Shown here: positions 8,485-16,637 of the stretch, one piece after another | How the letters are laid out: every line of letters starts with the position of its first letter | Numbering within the stretch: the stretch's first letter is position 1 | Virus record (IMG/VR): IMGVR_UViG_3300030397_000824 | Coordinates: 1-37,046 of that record | Origin: a virus | DNA: 37,046 bases | Direction: 5' to 3' (one strand) | Translations under genes and position numbers: made by a program | The notes under the pieces: generated by a model | What the model saw: only the letters and a program-made list of their open reading frames with translations | What the model was told of the DNA's origin: nothing | Database searches by the model: none

Positions 8485-9462
8485 ATGTATAACTCGACAC
8501 GTGAGTTCGAGGCTTGCATTCTTGTGAATGGTAAGCCAGTCACCGAAGTCGTCCACAACGGACAGACTTTCATCGAAGGTCGTAAGAAGTCTACTTACGA
8601 ACTGTATTTCCGCAACAATTCCAGCCAGCAAGTTCTGGTAGTTCCGTCTGTGGATGGCTTGTCAGCTATCGACGGTCAGAGTGCTGGTAAGGATTCCCCG
8701 GGCTATGTTGTTGATCCATGGAGCGATGTTACCGTTCCGGGTTGGACAGTGAATGGTCAGGAAGCTGCGGAATTCATCTTCCATGCTCAAAACGCGTATT
8801 ACGACGATGAGCAAACCTACGCAGAAGAGATGGGCGAAGACGAACGCAATCAGGGAGCCATCGGTTTTATGGTGTTCCGTCAAAAGCCTGCTCCAATTCG
8901 TAAGGCGTTTTCTAGCAGCCGTGCAAAACACCCATATCGACGAAACATGTTTGAATACGATGTGAGGGGGACAGGTAGTCCACCAAATAGTATTCTTCGT
9001 GGTTCGAGTGGTAATGTCCACAATGCTAGTTTTGATGCCAACTCGGTTTTGAATGTATCTAACACTATTGCTGGATCAGTTGGGTCAGCGGATAATGTTG
9101 CAACTTACACTGTCAACACATCCGACAATCTGGGCAACAGTGTGACGATGGATTTTATGGATGTAGATGAAGGGAAGTCCCTCGGGACCGGGTTCGGTGA
9201 AGCCGTTGAGTTCGAAACCCAACAGGTTGAGTTTCGACGTGAAGCAAATCCGTGTGCTGTTTTTGCGTTTTATTACGACACGGTTAAGAATCTTCGTCGC
9301 ATGGGTGTTCCAGTGGAACACTTCAATCGGCACTATTCCGAATCAATTACCAATGCCCCAAATCCTTTTCCAGATTCACCAGAAGTAACGGGGTACGCAA
9401 CTGCTCCCAGAGGGTGGACCGGTAAAGGTACGCGGGGTCGTCGTAGAAAGACACGTTCTTAA
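8485..9462 (+). CDS. Hypothetical protein, beta-rich N-terminal domain; upstream partner of the vWA gene
   Basis: ATG 8485 with GGAG SD preferred over the GTG at 8434. VPSVDGLSAIDG...GYVV...VPGW...AAEFIF. Confidence 0.75.
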   Translation: MYNSTREFEACILVNGKPVTEVVHNGQTFIEGRKKSTYELYFRNNSSQQVLVVPSVDGLSAIDGQSAGKDSPGYVVDPWSDVTVPGWTVNGQEAAEFIFHAQNAYYDDEQTYAEEMGEDERNQGAIGFMVFRQKPAPIRKAFSSSRAKHPYRRNMFEYDVRGTGSPPNSILRGSSGNVHNASFDANSVLNVSNTIAGSVGSADNVATYTVNTSDNLGNSVTMDFMDVDEGKSLGTGFGEAVEFETQQVEFRREANPCAVFAFYYDTVKNLRRMGVPVEHFNRHYSESITNAPNPFPDSPEVTGYATAPRGWTGKGTRGRRRKTRS

Positions 9463-9485
9463 GCCTTAACCTAGAGGAAATTCCA

Positions 9486-10259
9486 ATGGCTGATTTGAAA
9501 GTAAAAACCAACCGGGGCAGCAAGAAAGCTAAGACCCTACGCGCCGACACCATCATCACCATCGTGCTTGATGGATCGGGTTCCATGAATAGTATCACGG
9601 ATGCAACACTTGAGGGATACAACGAGTTCATTCATAAACAGCGAGAGGAAGACGGTAAAGTTCTCGTCTCTCTGGTTATCTTTGACTCGACGTGGGAAAC
9701 CAATAGTGAGGGCCACACATACTTTGGTGGGAATCAAAAACTGCGGATGATTCGTCCATATACCGCATTGGACCTTGATGAGGTTCCTGAGTTAACTCGT
9801 GAGGTTTACGAGGCTCATGGTGGTACTCCGTTGCGTGATGCAATCGGACGAAGCATCGGTTTCACAGATGACATTCATCAGCGTATTCACAAAGATGACG
9901 AGCCGGATACCTTGATGGTTATTATCACCGATGGTGGTGAGAATACCTCTCAGGATTTCGGTGCTGGTTTGATTAAGGAAATGATCAAATCACGTGAAGA
10001 TGACGGATGGACATTCATTTACATGGGTGCCAATCAGGACTCTTGGTCCGAAACGCAAAATCTTGGATTCAATCAGGGCAACGTTATGAACTACGTTGCT
10101 CATGATATCAAAGAGGGTGCGTTTGCTAAGGTGGCGGCATCAACTGCAACTTATCGTTCCATGTCCAGTTCAGCTAAGGCGGGTGGTCTTGTTGGAACGT
10201 ACACCACGACATCATTCTTTGATGATGCCGGGGTGACGGAAGACTCTCCGGTAGAGTAA
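9486..10259 (+). CDS. von Willebrand factor A (vWA) domain protein
   Basis: Complete MIDAS: IVLDGSGSM, GGTPLRDAIG, VIITDGGEN; GWTFIYMGANQD. Confidence 0.92.
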   Translation: MADLKVKTNRGSKKAKTLRADTIITIVLDGSGSMNSITDATLEGYNEFIHKQREEDGKVLVSLVIFDSTWETNSEGHTYFGGNQKLRMIRPYTALDLDEVPELTREVYEAHGGTPLRDAIGRSIGFTDDIHQRIHKDDEPDTLMVIITDGGENTSQDFGAGLIKEMIKSREDDGWTFIYMGANQDSWSETQNLGFNQGNVMNYVAHDIKEGAFAKVAASTATYRSMSSSAKAGGLVGTYTTTSFFDDAGVTEDSPVE

Positions 10260-10260
10260 T

Positions 10261-10587
10261 CTACTTGCGATGATGGGGGAGCGTCGTCTTCTGGCGATGC
10301 TTCTCCATCCGCTCTCGGGCCAATTTGTTCTTGGGAAGATTGCGGCGTCGTTTTTCGTCCCGCACCGTTTGGTAATACCAGATTCCTACCAACCCAACAA
10401 GAAAAATTACAAAGGCCAGCAGAATCCACCCCAAAAGGAAGATTGGCCACAGGGCCATGGTAACGTACAACCACGGGTCCGCCCATGAGAACGGAATGTC
10501 GCTGGTCAGTAAGTGATAAAGGATGCCGATGCCGAGCCAGATGACGAAGCCAACGGAACCGAATTTGATTGTAACTTCACGTTTCAT
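10261..10587 (-). CDS. Small membrane protein (about 2 TM segments, basic tail)
   Basis: Hydrophobic segments and an Arg/Lys-rich C-terminus; ATGA coupling. Confidence 0.7.
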   Translation of the reverse strand: MKREVTIKFGSVGFVIWLGIGILYHLLTSDIPFSWADPWLYVTMALWPIFLLGWILLAFVIFLVGLVGIWYYQTVRDEKRRRNLPKNKLARERMEKHRQKTTLPHHRK

Positions 10588-10799
10588 GAGGTTTCTCCAA
10601 GTACCTTTTCAACTTCCTGCTTGAGCAACGGGTCCATAAAATCTGAACAATCGACCGGGCAGTGTTTTTTCATCACCTGAGAAAGGAGATCAACGAGGTG
10701 GTTCTGATACGCCTCGCACGAATCGATTGCGCTGTTGTACCCTTCCAGATACGACATGTTAGGAGACATGCTCATTACGATTTTGTTTGGCTTTCTCAT
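10584..10799 (-). CDS. Hypothetical protein
   Basis: 71 aa, GAGG SD, part of a tightly packed minus-strand run. Confidence 0.6.
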   Translation of the reverse strand: MRKPNKIVMSMSPNMSYLEGYNSAIDSCEAYQNHLVDLLSQVMKKHCPVDCSDFMDPLLKQEVEKVLGETS

Positions 10800-10802
10800 A
10801 AT

Positions 10803-11030
10803 TTACCTCGCTTTCATAATTTCTTCGCGCATCTTATGGATGTTCGATGCTACCCCATACGATGCGTTGCTGTCGTTGATTGCTACTTCGGCAACACCCT
10901 TCAGTTTGAAGGCAGTTTCCTGCCATACCTTTTCCATTTCGATGGGTGTCAACTTGCCGAAGTCTCGGATGGTTTCCGCACTACGTATGATTTCGTCTGC
11001 GGTATCGTAATACAGTTGGTCTTGGTTCAT
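10803..11030 (-). CDS. Hypothetical protein
   Basis: Start at ATG 11030 (ATGA overlap with the upstream stop). Confidence 0.6.
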   Translation of the reverse strand: MNQDQLYYDTADEIIRSAETIRDFGKLTPIEMEKVWQETAFKLKGVAEVAINDSNASYGVASNIHKMREEIMKAR

Positions 11031-11218
11031 ACCAGCATCCCCCAACGGTCTTGTTCATTGAAGTAACCAACCATGGTGGTGTCGTCCTCGACGAAGTGTT
11101 CACCACTCTGATCAGTAGTCGTTCGAAGGCCACGCTCTTCCGCCGCCGTCTTCCACAACTCCAAGTTGGTGAAAGTGCGAACGGTTGTGCCTTCGATATA
11201 AATCTGTTCTTCAGACAT
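11027..11218 (-). CDS. Hypothetical protein
   Basis: 63 aa with GGAGAAGG SD. Confidence 0.65.
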   Translation of the reverse strand: MSEEQIYIEGTTVRTFTNLELWKTAAEERGLRTTTDQSGEHFVEDDTTMVGYFNEQDRWGMLV

Positions 11219-11228
11219 TACCTTCTCC

Positions 11229-11489
11229 CTAACGCAATACTATGAGGCTTGTGAGGGTGCTAATTATAGCAGATACGAATAGAACCAAAACGAAACCTAC
11301 CGCACGTTTGTTGTTTGGGATGTTGAATTCCGTTCGGAGAGCATCGAACAGAACAATCAGTAATGCTGCTGCTCCCACGTATGCCGCCAACGCGGTGGTG
11401 GTGCTTATGGAAATAACCACCATCAAAAATCCGAGCAATGCACCTACGAATGCGCTGAATGTGTAATATGCTATACGTTCCATCATCAT
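11229..11489 (-). CDS. Small membrane protein (about 3 TM segments)
   Basis: Almost entirely hydrophobic; GGAG SD; coupled to the upstream gene. Confidence 0.7.
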   Translation of the reverse strand: MMMERIAYYTFSAFVGALLGFLMVVISISTTTALAAYVGAAALLIVLFDALRTEFNIPNNKRAVGFVLVLFVSAIISTLTSLIVLR

Positions 11490-11791
11490 TCTCCCTTTAC
11501 CGGTGCGCTAATATGCACTCGCTGTTCGAGCCATGCCCAACCCACTCCGTCGATGGCAATGAGTTCGGCGTCTGTCATGTGCTCGCGTGACTTTTGTTGG
11601 TCGCGGTCGGCGTCGTCTTCGATCCAGTCGATGCGTTCGTCGATAACGCACATGGCTTCCTTCTTGGTGCTTCCACCATCAATCGGCCAATGCGACATGC
11701 CTTCTTCACGAATGCGCCAACCAGTGGCATCGACTGCAAGTTCGTAACCACGATACGCGTAGTGACCGGTTGCGATTTTCTTGGCTCCCAT
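11486..11791 (-). CDS. Hypothetical protein
   Basis: 101 aa, AGGAG SD, TAATG coupling. Confidence 0.65.
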   Translation of the reverse strand: MGAKKIATGHYAYRGYELAVDATGWRIREEGMSHWPIDGGSTKKEAMCVIDERIDWIEDDADRDQQKSREHMTDAELIAIDGVGWAWLEQRVHISAPVKGE

Positions 11792-12009
11792 TACGAGAAC
11801 TCCTTGCCGTCAGGATCGGGCTTAATGCGGGCTTCGATGTCGTCAACCAATTCGTTCAGGCAGATATCTTCCGGGTAGTTCACAACAACTCGGAGAATGT
11901 CACCTTCAACCTTCGCGTGTATCGAAGACTCGGGGCAGTTGATTCTAGCAGCAGCTTCGTAGCCGCGCTCCAAACCACCATCAGGTTTCAATTCAAATCG
12001 TAATTCCAT
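11791..12009 (-). CDS. Hypothetical protein
   Basis: 72 aa, GAGGA SD, directly downstream of a sigma70-type promoter. Confidence 0.65.
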   Translation of the reverse strand: MELRFELKPDGGLERGYEAAARINCPESSIHAKVEGDILRVVVNYPEDICLNELVDDIEARIKPDPDGKEFS

Positions 12010-12036
12010 GGCAAATTCCTCTCAATTAATACGTGC

Positions 12037-12065
12037 ATTTTAACACACGTTTGGACTTTTGTCAA
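12037..12065 (-). promoter_or_regulatory. Sigma70-type early promoter
   Basis: TTGACA-17 nt-TAAAAT with an extended TG. Confidence 0.75.
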
Positions 12066-12436
12066 GAAAGTTCGTTGCGTTCGAAGGCGATTTGTTCGGC
12101 TTCCCAGTCGCCATTAACGTAGGCTTCTGAACCATAAGCTGCCGGAATTTCCTTCCAGTAATCCATGTTTAAATCCGGCTTGGTGGTGTTGAGATGATGA
12201 GCCAGTTCTTCCAAACGCGCAGAAGAAACGTCGCTTTTGGTAGTACCGTTAGGATAGGTGAGAGCCGTAGTTTGATTAGCAAAGCGACGACCAGTGGGGG
12301 TTTCAGCGATGATGTAATCAGCGTCACCATGGATGGCACCGCGAGGATTGCTCATGTCAGCCATTTCGGAATTGTAATCCACAACGACGATGTCAGTGCG
12401 GACGAAATAATTCAATTCGTTGAAGTTAATATCCAT
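12062..12436 (-). CDS. Hypothetical early protein
   Basis: 124 aa, GAGG SD, own consensus promoter. Confidence 0.7.
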   Translation of the reverse strand: MDINFNELNYFVRTDIVVVDYNSEMADMSNPRGAIHGDADYIIAETPTGRRFANQTTALTYPNGTTKSDVSSARLEELAHHLNTTKPDLNMDYWKEIPAAYGSEAYVNGDWEAEQIAFERNELS

Positions 12437-12469
12437 GTGTTCTGCCTCTCAACTCTCAATTGAAAGTAC

Positions 12470-12497
12470 ATTATACACGATTCTCAACTTTTGTCAA
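12470..12497 (-). promoter_or_regulatory. Sigma70-type early promoter
   Basis: TTGACA-16 nt-TATAAT; shares CTTGACAAAAGT with the promoter at 12065. Confidence 0.75.
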
Positions 12498-12514
12498 GAA
12501 ATTTCGGAGGACGG

Positions 12515-12841
12515 TTATTCCGCAGTTGGGGCTGTAGCACTTTCGTTTAACCCTTTGATTTTACCGCGTTTTTCGGGATCAGCAGGATTTACTAACTCGC
12601 AACCACCACGCTCTCCAACAAAAATTTGGCGTATAGAACGGTTGGTAATTGCATCCATGCCAGACTCGTTGACCTTCCCGACCTCGATGACTACCTCAAG
12701 CATGCTGTTGCTTGCAAAGGGGTAAACCTCGAACCGCTTGTATTCGAACTCATCACCGTGATTAGTGATGACTTGCTCGTGAAGTGATTCAATAGTTTTG
12801 AGTTGGGAGGGAGTAACTGGAACTCCTTTATATTCCGTCAT
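12515..12841 (-). CDS. Hypothetical protein
   Basis: 108 aa ORF in the early run. Confidence 0.65.
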   Translation of the reverse strand: MTEYKGVPVTPSQLKTIESLHEQVITNHGDEFEYKRFEVYPFASNSMLEVVIEVGKVNESGMDAITNRSIRQIFVGERGGCELVNPADPEKRGKIKGLNESATAPTAE

Positions 12842-12842
12842 G

Positions 12843-13265
12843 TTATTGGAACATCCGATTCAGGTCGTTGCCGTTTTTTGATGCCGGAGCGTTCTCTTGT
12901 ACACAAGCATTCCAGTATTGTTTAAACCAATCGCTTCGTAGTTCTTTGCTAGCGATGACATCATCCCCCAACTCTTCGTAAACAAATTTGGTCAGTTCGT
13001 GAAGTTCAGTTTCTCCGTCGGGATCGGGCGGCACGCCATTCTCTTTAGCTACGAAGCGGTAAAGTTTAATGTCCCACTCGTTCTGAAGTTGAGCTTCTTC
13101 GTAAGTGAAACCAGCAGCCCGTCGTGTAGCCAGTTCCATCGCGGTTTGGGTTTTGCTGTAGCACATAGTCATATGAGGTGCCGGTGTTGGTTGTTGTGCC
13201 CCAAGCGTACCGACACAAGCCAGACCAAACAGGAACGTAAAGTAGATGAGAATGGCTTTGTTCAT
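12843..13265 (-). CDS. Putative secreted/periplasmic protein with a signal peptide
   Basis: ATG 13265 with GGGAG SD; MNKAILIYFTFLFGLACVGTLGA looks like a signal peptide. Confidence 0.65.
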   Translation of the reverse strand: MNKAILIYFTFLFGLACVGTLGAQQPTPAPHMTMCYSKTQTAMELATRRAAGFTYEEAQLQNEWDIKLYRFVAKENGVPPDPDGETELHELTKFVYEELGDDVIASKELRSDWFKQYWNACVQENAPASKNGNDLNRMFQ

Positions 13266-13293
13266 GATGACTCCCGAAAGTTTTTCATATTTC

Positions 13294-13322
13294 AATATAC
13301 TCCGGTCGGCATTACCTGTCAA
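13294..13322 (-). promoter_or_regulatory. Sigma70-type early promoter
   Basis: TTGACA-17 nt-TATATT. Confidence 0.7.
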
Positions 13323-13327
13323 CCGTG

Positions 13328-13333
13328 TAAATA
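13328..13333 (+). promoter_or_regulatory. Late-promoter-like TAAATA
   Basis: GTGTAAATAGT upstream of the ORF at 13367, back-to-back with the early promoter. Confidence 0.6.
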
Positions 13334-13366
13334 GTATATAGTCAAAACACCACTGAGAGAACAAAC

Positions 13367-13780
13367 ATGGGTCACAGCCTTCTTGGAAAAGACGTAGACG
13401 ATATTTTGATTGAATTTTATGGTCCGCACACTGGTCGTAATTATTTCGAAACTACGGTCTCACCACAACTCCAACTTCAAGTTTTTGGAGCAGACCCGGC
13501 TGATTCTGTTATCGTTGAGCGGAACACCACCCTCATCATGTTTGGTACCAACAATTCAAACGCAATTGGTAGTACGCCAGTTCGCGGTGGTAAGCTGGAG
13601 CCATCTCGGGTTCCGGCAGACTGGGTTGCTGTTGGTGCTGCCGTAACTGTTGGCGACGGGCTTGTTACACGTGCTCTTCCTGCTGAAGATTTTGAGCACG
13701 GCGTTCGTGTTCGCGTTGTTACTAAAACCGATGGTCGTCTGGGTGCTGGTAGCGTAACAGTTGCTACTCAGTGGAACTAA
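13367..13780 (+). CDS. Probable small virion structural protein (beta-sandwich, decoration/spike-base-like)
   Basis: Beta-strand-rich, Val/Gly/Thr-rich, late promoter upstream. Confidence 0.55.
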   Translation: MGHSLLGKDVDDILIEFYGPHTGRNYFETTVSPQLQLQVFGADPADSVIVERNTTLIMFGTNNSNAIGSTPVRGGKLEPSRVPADWVAVGAAVTVGDGLVTRALPAEDFEHGVRVRVVTKTDGRLGAGSVTVATQWN

Positions 13781-14150
13781 AACGATTCCGTCGTAAGTTT
13801 CTCCAAGACCGCGATACAATCTTCAAATTATTTTCTACATGAAGACCGCACACCCGCCGTCCCCGTATGGGGATGTCGTGAACTATATGCATCGCGATTC
13901 CCATTTGGGCTTCCAGTCTCCTAGCTTCTAATTCCAACCGCTTGATGGCCTCGTGGTCTGTCCATGATGGAGTTGCCTGTTTTAGATGCTTATTGTGCCG
14001 GTATCTTGTTTGTTGAACTACGTGTTGGTCTGGGTTCTCCTGACGAAAGTTTCGGGCTTTTTTTCTGGTGCACACAATACATCCTCGGTTCGACCGATAT
14101 CTTTCTGTTCCACCGCAGTGTTTGCAAGGTTTTCCTTGATATGTGCGCAC
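13764..14150 (-). CDS. HNH endonuclease-like protein with an N-terminal zinc finger (possibly degenerate)
   Basis: YQGKPCKHCG...RY...CIVC, then QATPSW...HIVHDIPIRGRRVCGLHVENNLKIV, matching the phage HNH pattern DHIIPL.G..VCGLHV..NL. Confidence 0.8.
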   Translation of the reverse strand: MRTYQGKPCKHCGGTERYRSNRGCIVCTRKKARNFRQENPDQHVVQQTRYRHNKHLKQATPSWTDHEAIKRLELEARRLEAQMGIAMHIVHDIPIRGRRVCGLHVENNLKIVSRSWRNLRRNRFSSTE

Positions 14151-14186
14151 AACTCAACCATTAACATACTTTCTGTACTGTTTACT

Positions 14187-14192
14187 TAAATA
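14187..14192 (+). promoter_or_regulatory. Late-promoter-like TAAATA
   Basis: CTTAAATACAG upstream of 14251. Confidence 0.55.
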
Positions 14193-14250
14193 CAGTCGTT
14201 AAACAAATTGTGCAAATCGCGCAAAACAATCAATTAATGGAGAATCAATA

Positions 14251-16530
14251 ATGTCTCAACAGATGCTTTCTCAGACGGGTGCTGCTGCACCGGCTCCGGG
14301 TGGTACTGGTCCGATTGTCGCCTTTCCGGGTAGCAACGGAATTCGACTGATTCAGGTTAACCCTGCTGCGGGCACTCCGCTCACGGGTACTCTGGAAATT
14401 CGTGGTACCAACAAGCCCGCTCCGGGTGCTGGCGACTTCGCCGTCATCGCGACCATCGACTTTACCGGTCACACTGGTCCGTTTACTCTGTACGTTCAGA
14501 ACTCTTCTACCAGCATGCAGGTTGCTCTTACGGCTGTCTCTTCTGGTCAGGTTTCTGTTTTCGGTGACAGCAACGACGGTGCGCTCGTTGGTGGTTCCGG
14601 TACTTCTCTTTCACAAGCAACTGCGGTTGTTACAGCACAAAGCACTGTAACCGTTGTTGGTCAGTTCGTTCACGTAGCTGCTGCTACCGTTCCGTCTATC
14701 ACTTCTGATGACGTTGTTTACGCACTCGACTTCAATAGCACTGTTACTGATGAGCTTGCCAAGCATGACGCAATCCTCGAAGGCATCACCCTCGCTGGTG
14801 TTACCGTTGCGGACCTCAATCTGCTTGCTGGTAAAGACGCATACGGTCTGACAAGTGCCGATCTCTGCAAGCTGGCAGACATCGACGCATCGGCTTCCGA
14901 AATCAATTTCCTGACTGGTGTAACCAGTGGTGTTCAAGCACAAATTGATGGCAAAGCTGACGGCGCTGGTATTGACCTGACTGGTCTTACCGTTTCAGCC
15001 ACAGACTTCAACACGTTCTTTGACGTTGCACCTACAGTTGCTCTGTCGTTCCTGAACACTGCTTTCACTGGTCTGGTTGCTACTGCTGCCGATCTGAACG
15101 CTCTGGCTGGTACGGCTGGTGACGTTGCTGCTGCTGACTTTGTCAAGCTTGGTGACATCACTGCTTCTGCATCCGAAATCAACACGCTGAACGGTCTGCT
15201 TGCTGCTGCTACTGAACTGAACATTCTTGCTGGCACATCTGCTGACGCAAGTGACATCAATGCTATCGCCGGTATCGGTGGTCTGGGCATCGACATCACT
15301 GAACTTCAGCACCTTGTCGGTCTGACTGAAAACGTTCAAACTGCACTCGACACCATCACTCCTTTGGGTGGTCTGACCTCTTCGGTTGACGACCTGAACC
15401 TACTGACTGGTGCGTTCGCTGGTACTGGTGCTTTCTCTGGTGGTGCTATCACTTCCGCAGAAATCGCTCACCTGAACGGTGTTTCTTCCGGTATTCAGGC
15501 TCAATTGGATTCCAAGCGTAACACTGCCGACACAATCGGTATCGCTGAAATCACTGGTGCGTCTATCACGACCACCGAACTGAACTACCTGTCTGGTTCA
15601 ACTGCTAACATCCAAGCTCAGATTGATGCTCTTGGTGCTGGTGCTATCACCGCTGCTGGTGGTACGTTCACTGGTCCGATCTTCATCTTCGACGGAACCG
15701 CTGCTGCTCCGGGTCTTGGTTACGCGTCTTCTAACGATTCTGGTTTCTACCTCTTTGGTGCAACCGGCATTGGTATGACCGTAGCTGGCACTCGTGCTGG
15801 TACGCTGGATGGCACCAACTTGATCATCGGTGATAACCTCACCTCTGGTCAGCCGTTGGCTAAGCACTCTGGCATGGGCGAGTCCGATCCGACTTGGGCG
15901 TTTGTTGGCGACGAAGACACTGGTATGTACCGTGTCGGTCCTGACTCTGTTGGTATCGCTGCTGGTGGTACTGAGATGGCTCGTTTCGACGACACTGCTG
16001 GTGAAGTTGTTCTTGGTGGTGCTTCCGCTGGTAACCACGACGTTCGTGTCACTGGTATCTTCCAAGGTATCAAGGAACTGGGTCGTGTATCGGTTTCTGC
16101 TGGTGCTACCTCGGCTGCTGCTCCGAAGACCTCTCCGATCTACACCGTGCCTGCGGGTCGTACCGCAATCGTCACTCAGATTCTCGTTCGCCTGACGGCA
16201 GCGGTTGTCGGTGGCGGTGGTTACGTGACTGGTCCTCCGGGTAACAACACCCTTGAGTTGAACATTGGTTTCACCGCAGCAACCTACGATGAAATCGTGG
16301 ACAACACCACGAACACCGGTATCTGGAACCCGGGTACATACGACTTCGATACCGCGATGCAGGTAATGCCTTTGGGCGCTGGTGACAACACCTTCCCTGC
16401 TATCTCTGGTAGCGCTGGTGCAGACTATCAAGCCCTCTCGGCTGGTGCTGTTTTGACCGCGTATGTCGGTACTCTGGCGAACCTTGATACGTTCGACCTC
16501 GACATCATCGTTTTCGGTTACGAACTGTAA
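14251..16530 (+). CDS. Fibre/whisker-like virion protein, probably high copy
   Basis: Repeated [AT]..(E/D)(L/I)N.L.G and GV.S.IQAQ(I/L)D motifs; DGTAAAPGLGY and P..AF.GD.DTGMY fibre motifs; beta-rich termini; strongly biased codon use. Confidence 0.75.
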   Translation: MSQQMLSQTGAAAPAPGGTGPIVAFPGSNGIRLIQVNPAAGTPLTGTLEIRGTNKPAPGAGDFAVIATIDFTGHTGPFTLYVQNSSTSMQVALTAVSSGQVSVFGDSNDGALVGGSGTSLSQATAVVTAQSTVTVVGQFVHVAAATVPSITSDDVVYALDFNSTVTDELAKHDAILEGITLAGVTVADLNLLAGKDAYGLTSADLCKLADIDASASEINFLTGVTSGVQAQIDGKADGAGIDLTGLTVSATDFNTFFDVAPTVALSFLNTAFTGLVATAADLNALAGTAGDVAAADFVKLGDITASASEINTLNGLLAAATELNILAGTSADASDINAIAGIGGLGIDITELQHLVGLTENVQTALDTITPLGGLTSSVDDLNLLTGAFAGTGAFSGGAITSAEIAHLNGVSSGIQAQLDSKRNTADTIGIAEITGASITTTELNYLSGSTANIQAQIDALGAGAITAAGGTFTGPIFIFDGTAAAPGLGYASSNDSGFYLFGATGIGMTVAGTRAGTLDGTNLIIGDNLTSGQPLAKHSGMGESDPTWAFVGDEDTGMYRVGPDSVGIAAGGTEMARFDDTAGEVVLGGASAGNHDVRVTGIFQGIKELGRVSVSAGATSAAAPKTSPIYTVPAGRTAIVTQILVRLTAAVVGGGGYVTGPPGNNTLELNIGFTAATYDEIVDNTTNTGIWNPGTYDFDTAMQVMPLGAGDNTFPAISGSAGADYQALSAGAVLTAYVGTLANLDTFDLDIIVFGYEL

Positions 16531-16555
16531 TCAATAGCGGGTGTCATGCTCCAAC

Positions 16556-16587
16556 AAAAAAGGGAGGCCATTATGGTCTCCCTTTTT
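16556..16587 (+). terminator. Rho-independent terminator (possibly bidirectional)
   Basis: AAAAA-AGGGAGGCCA-TTA-TGGTCTCCCT-TTTT directly after the 14251 gene. Confidence 0.85.
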
Positions 16588-16596
16588 GCTTTTAAG

Positions 16597-16602
16597 TAAA
16601 TA
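16597..16602 (+). promoter_or_regulatory. Late-promoter-like TAAATA
   Basis: AGTAAATAATAC between the terminator and 16638. Confidence 0.65.
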
Positions 16603-16637
16603 ATACAGAACAACAAATAACTGCGGAATAACCACCC

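Noticed and set aside
8295-8573. N-terminal extensions of the 7461..8573 and 8434..9462 ORFs
   Set aside because: SD-supported ATGs at 8294 (-) and 8485 (+) leave a clean intergenic region with promoter motifs.
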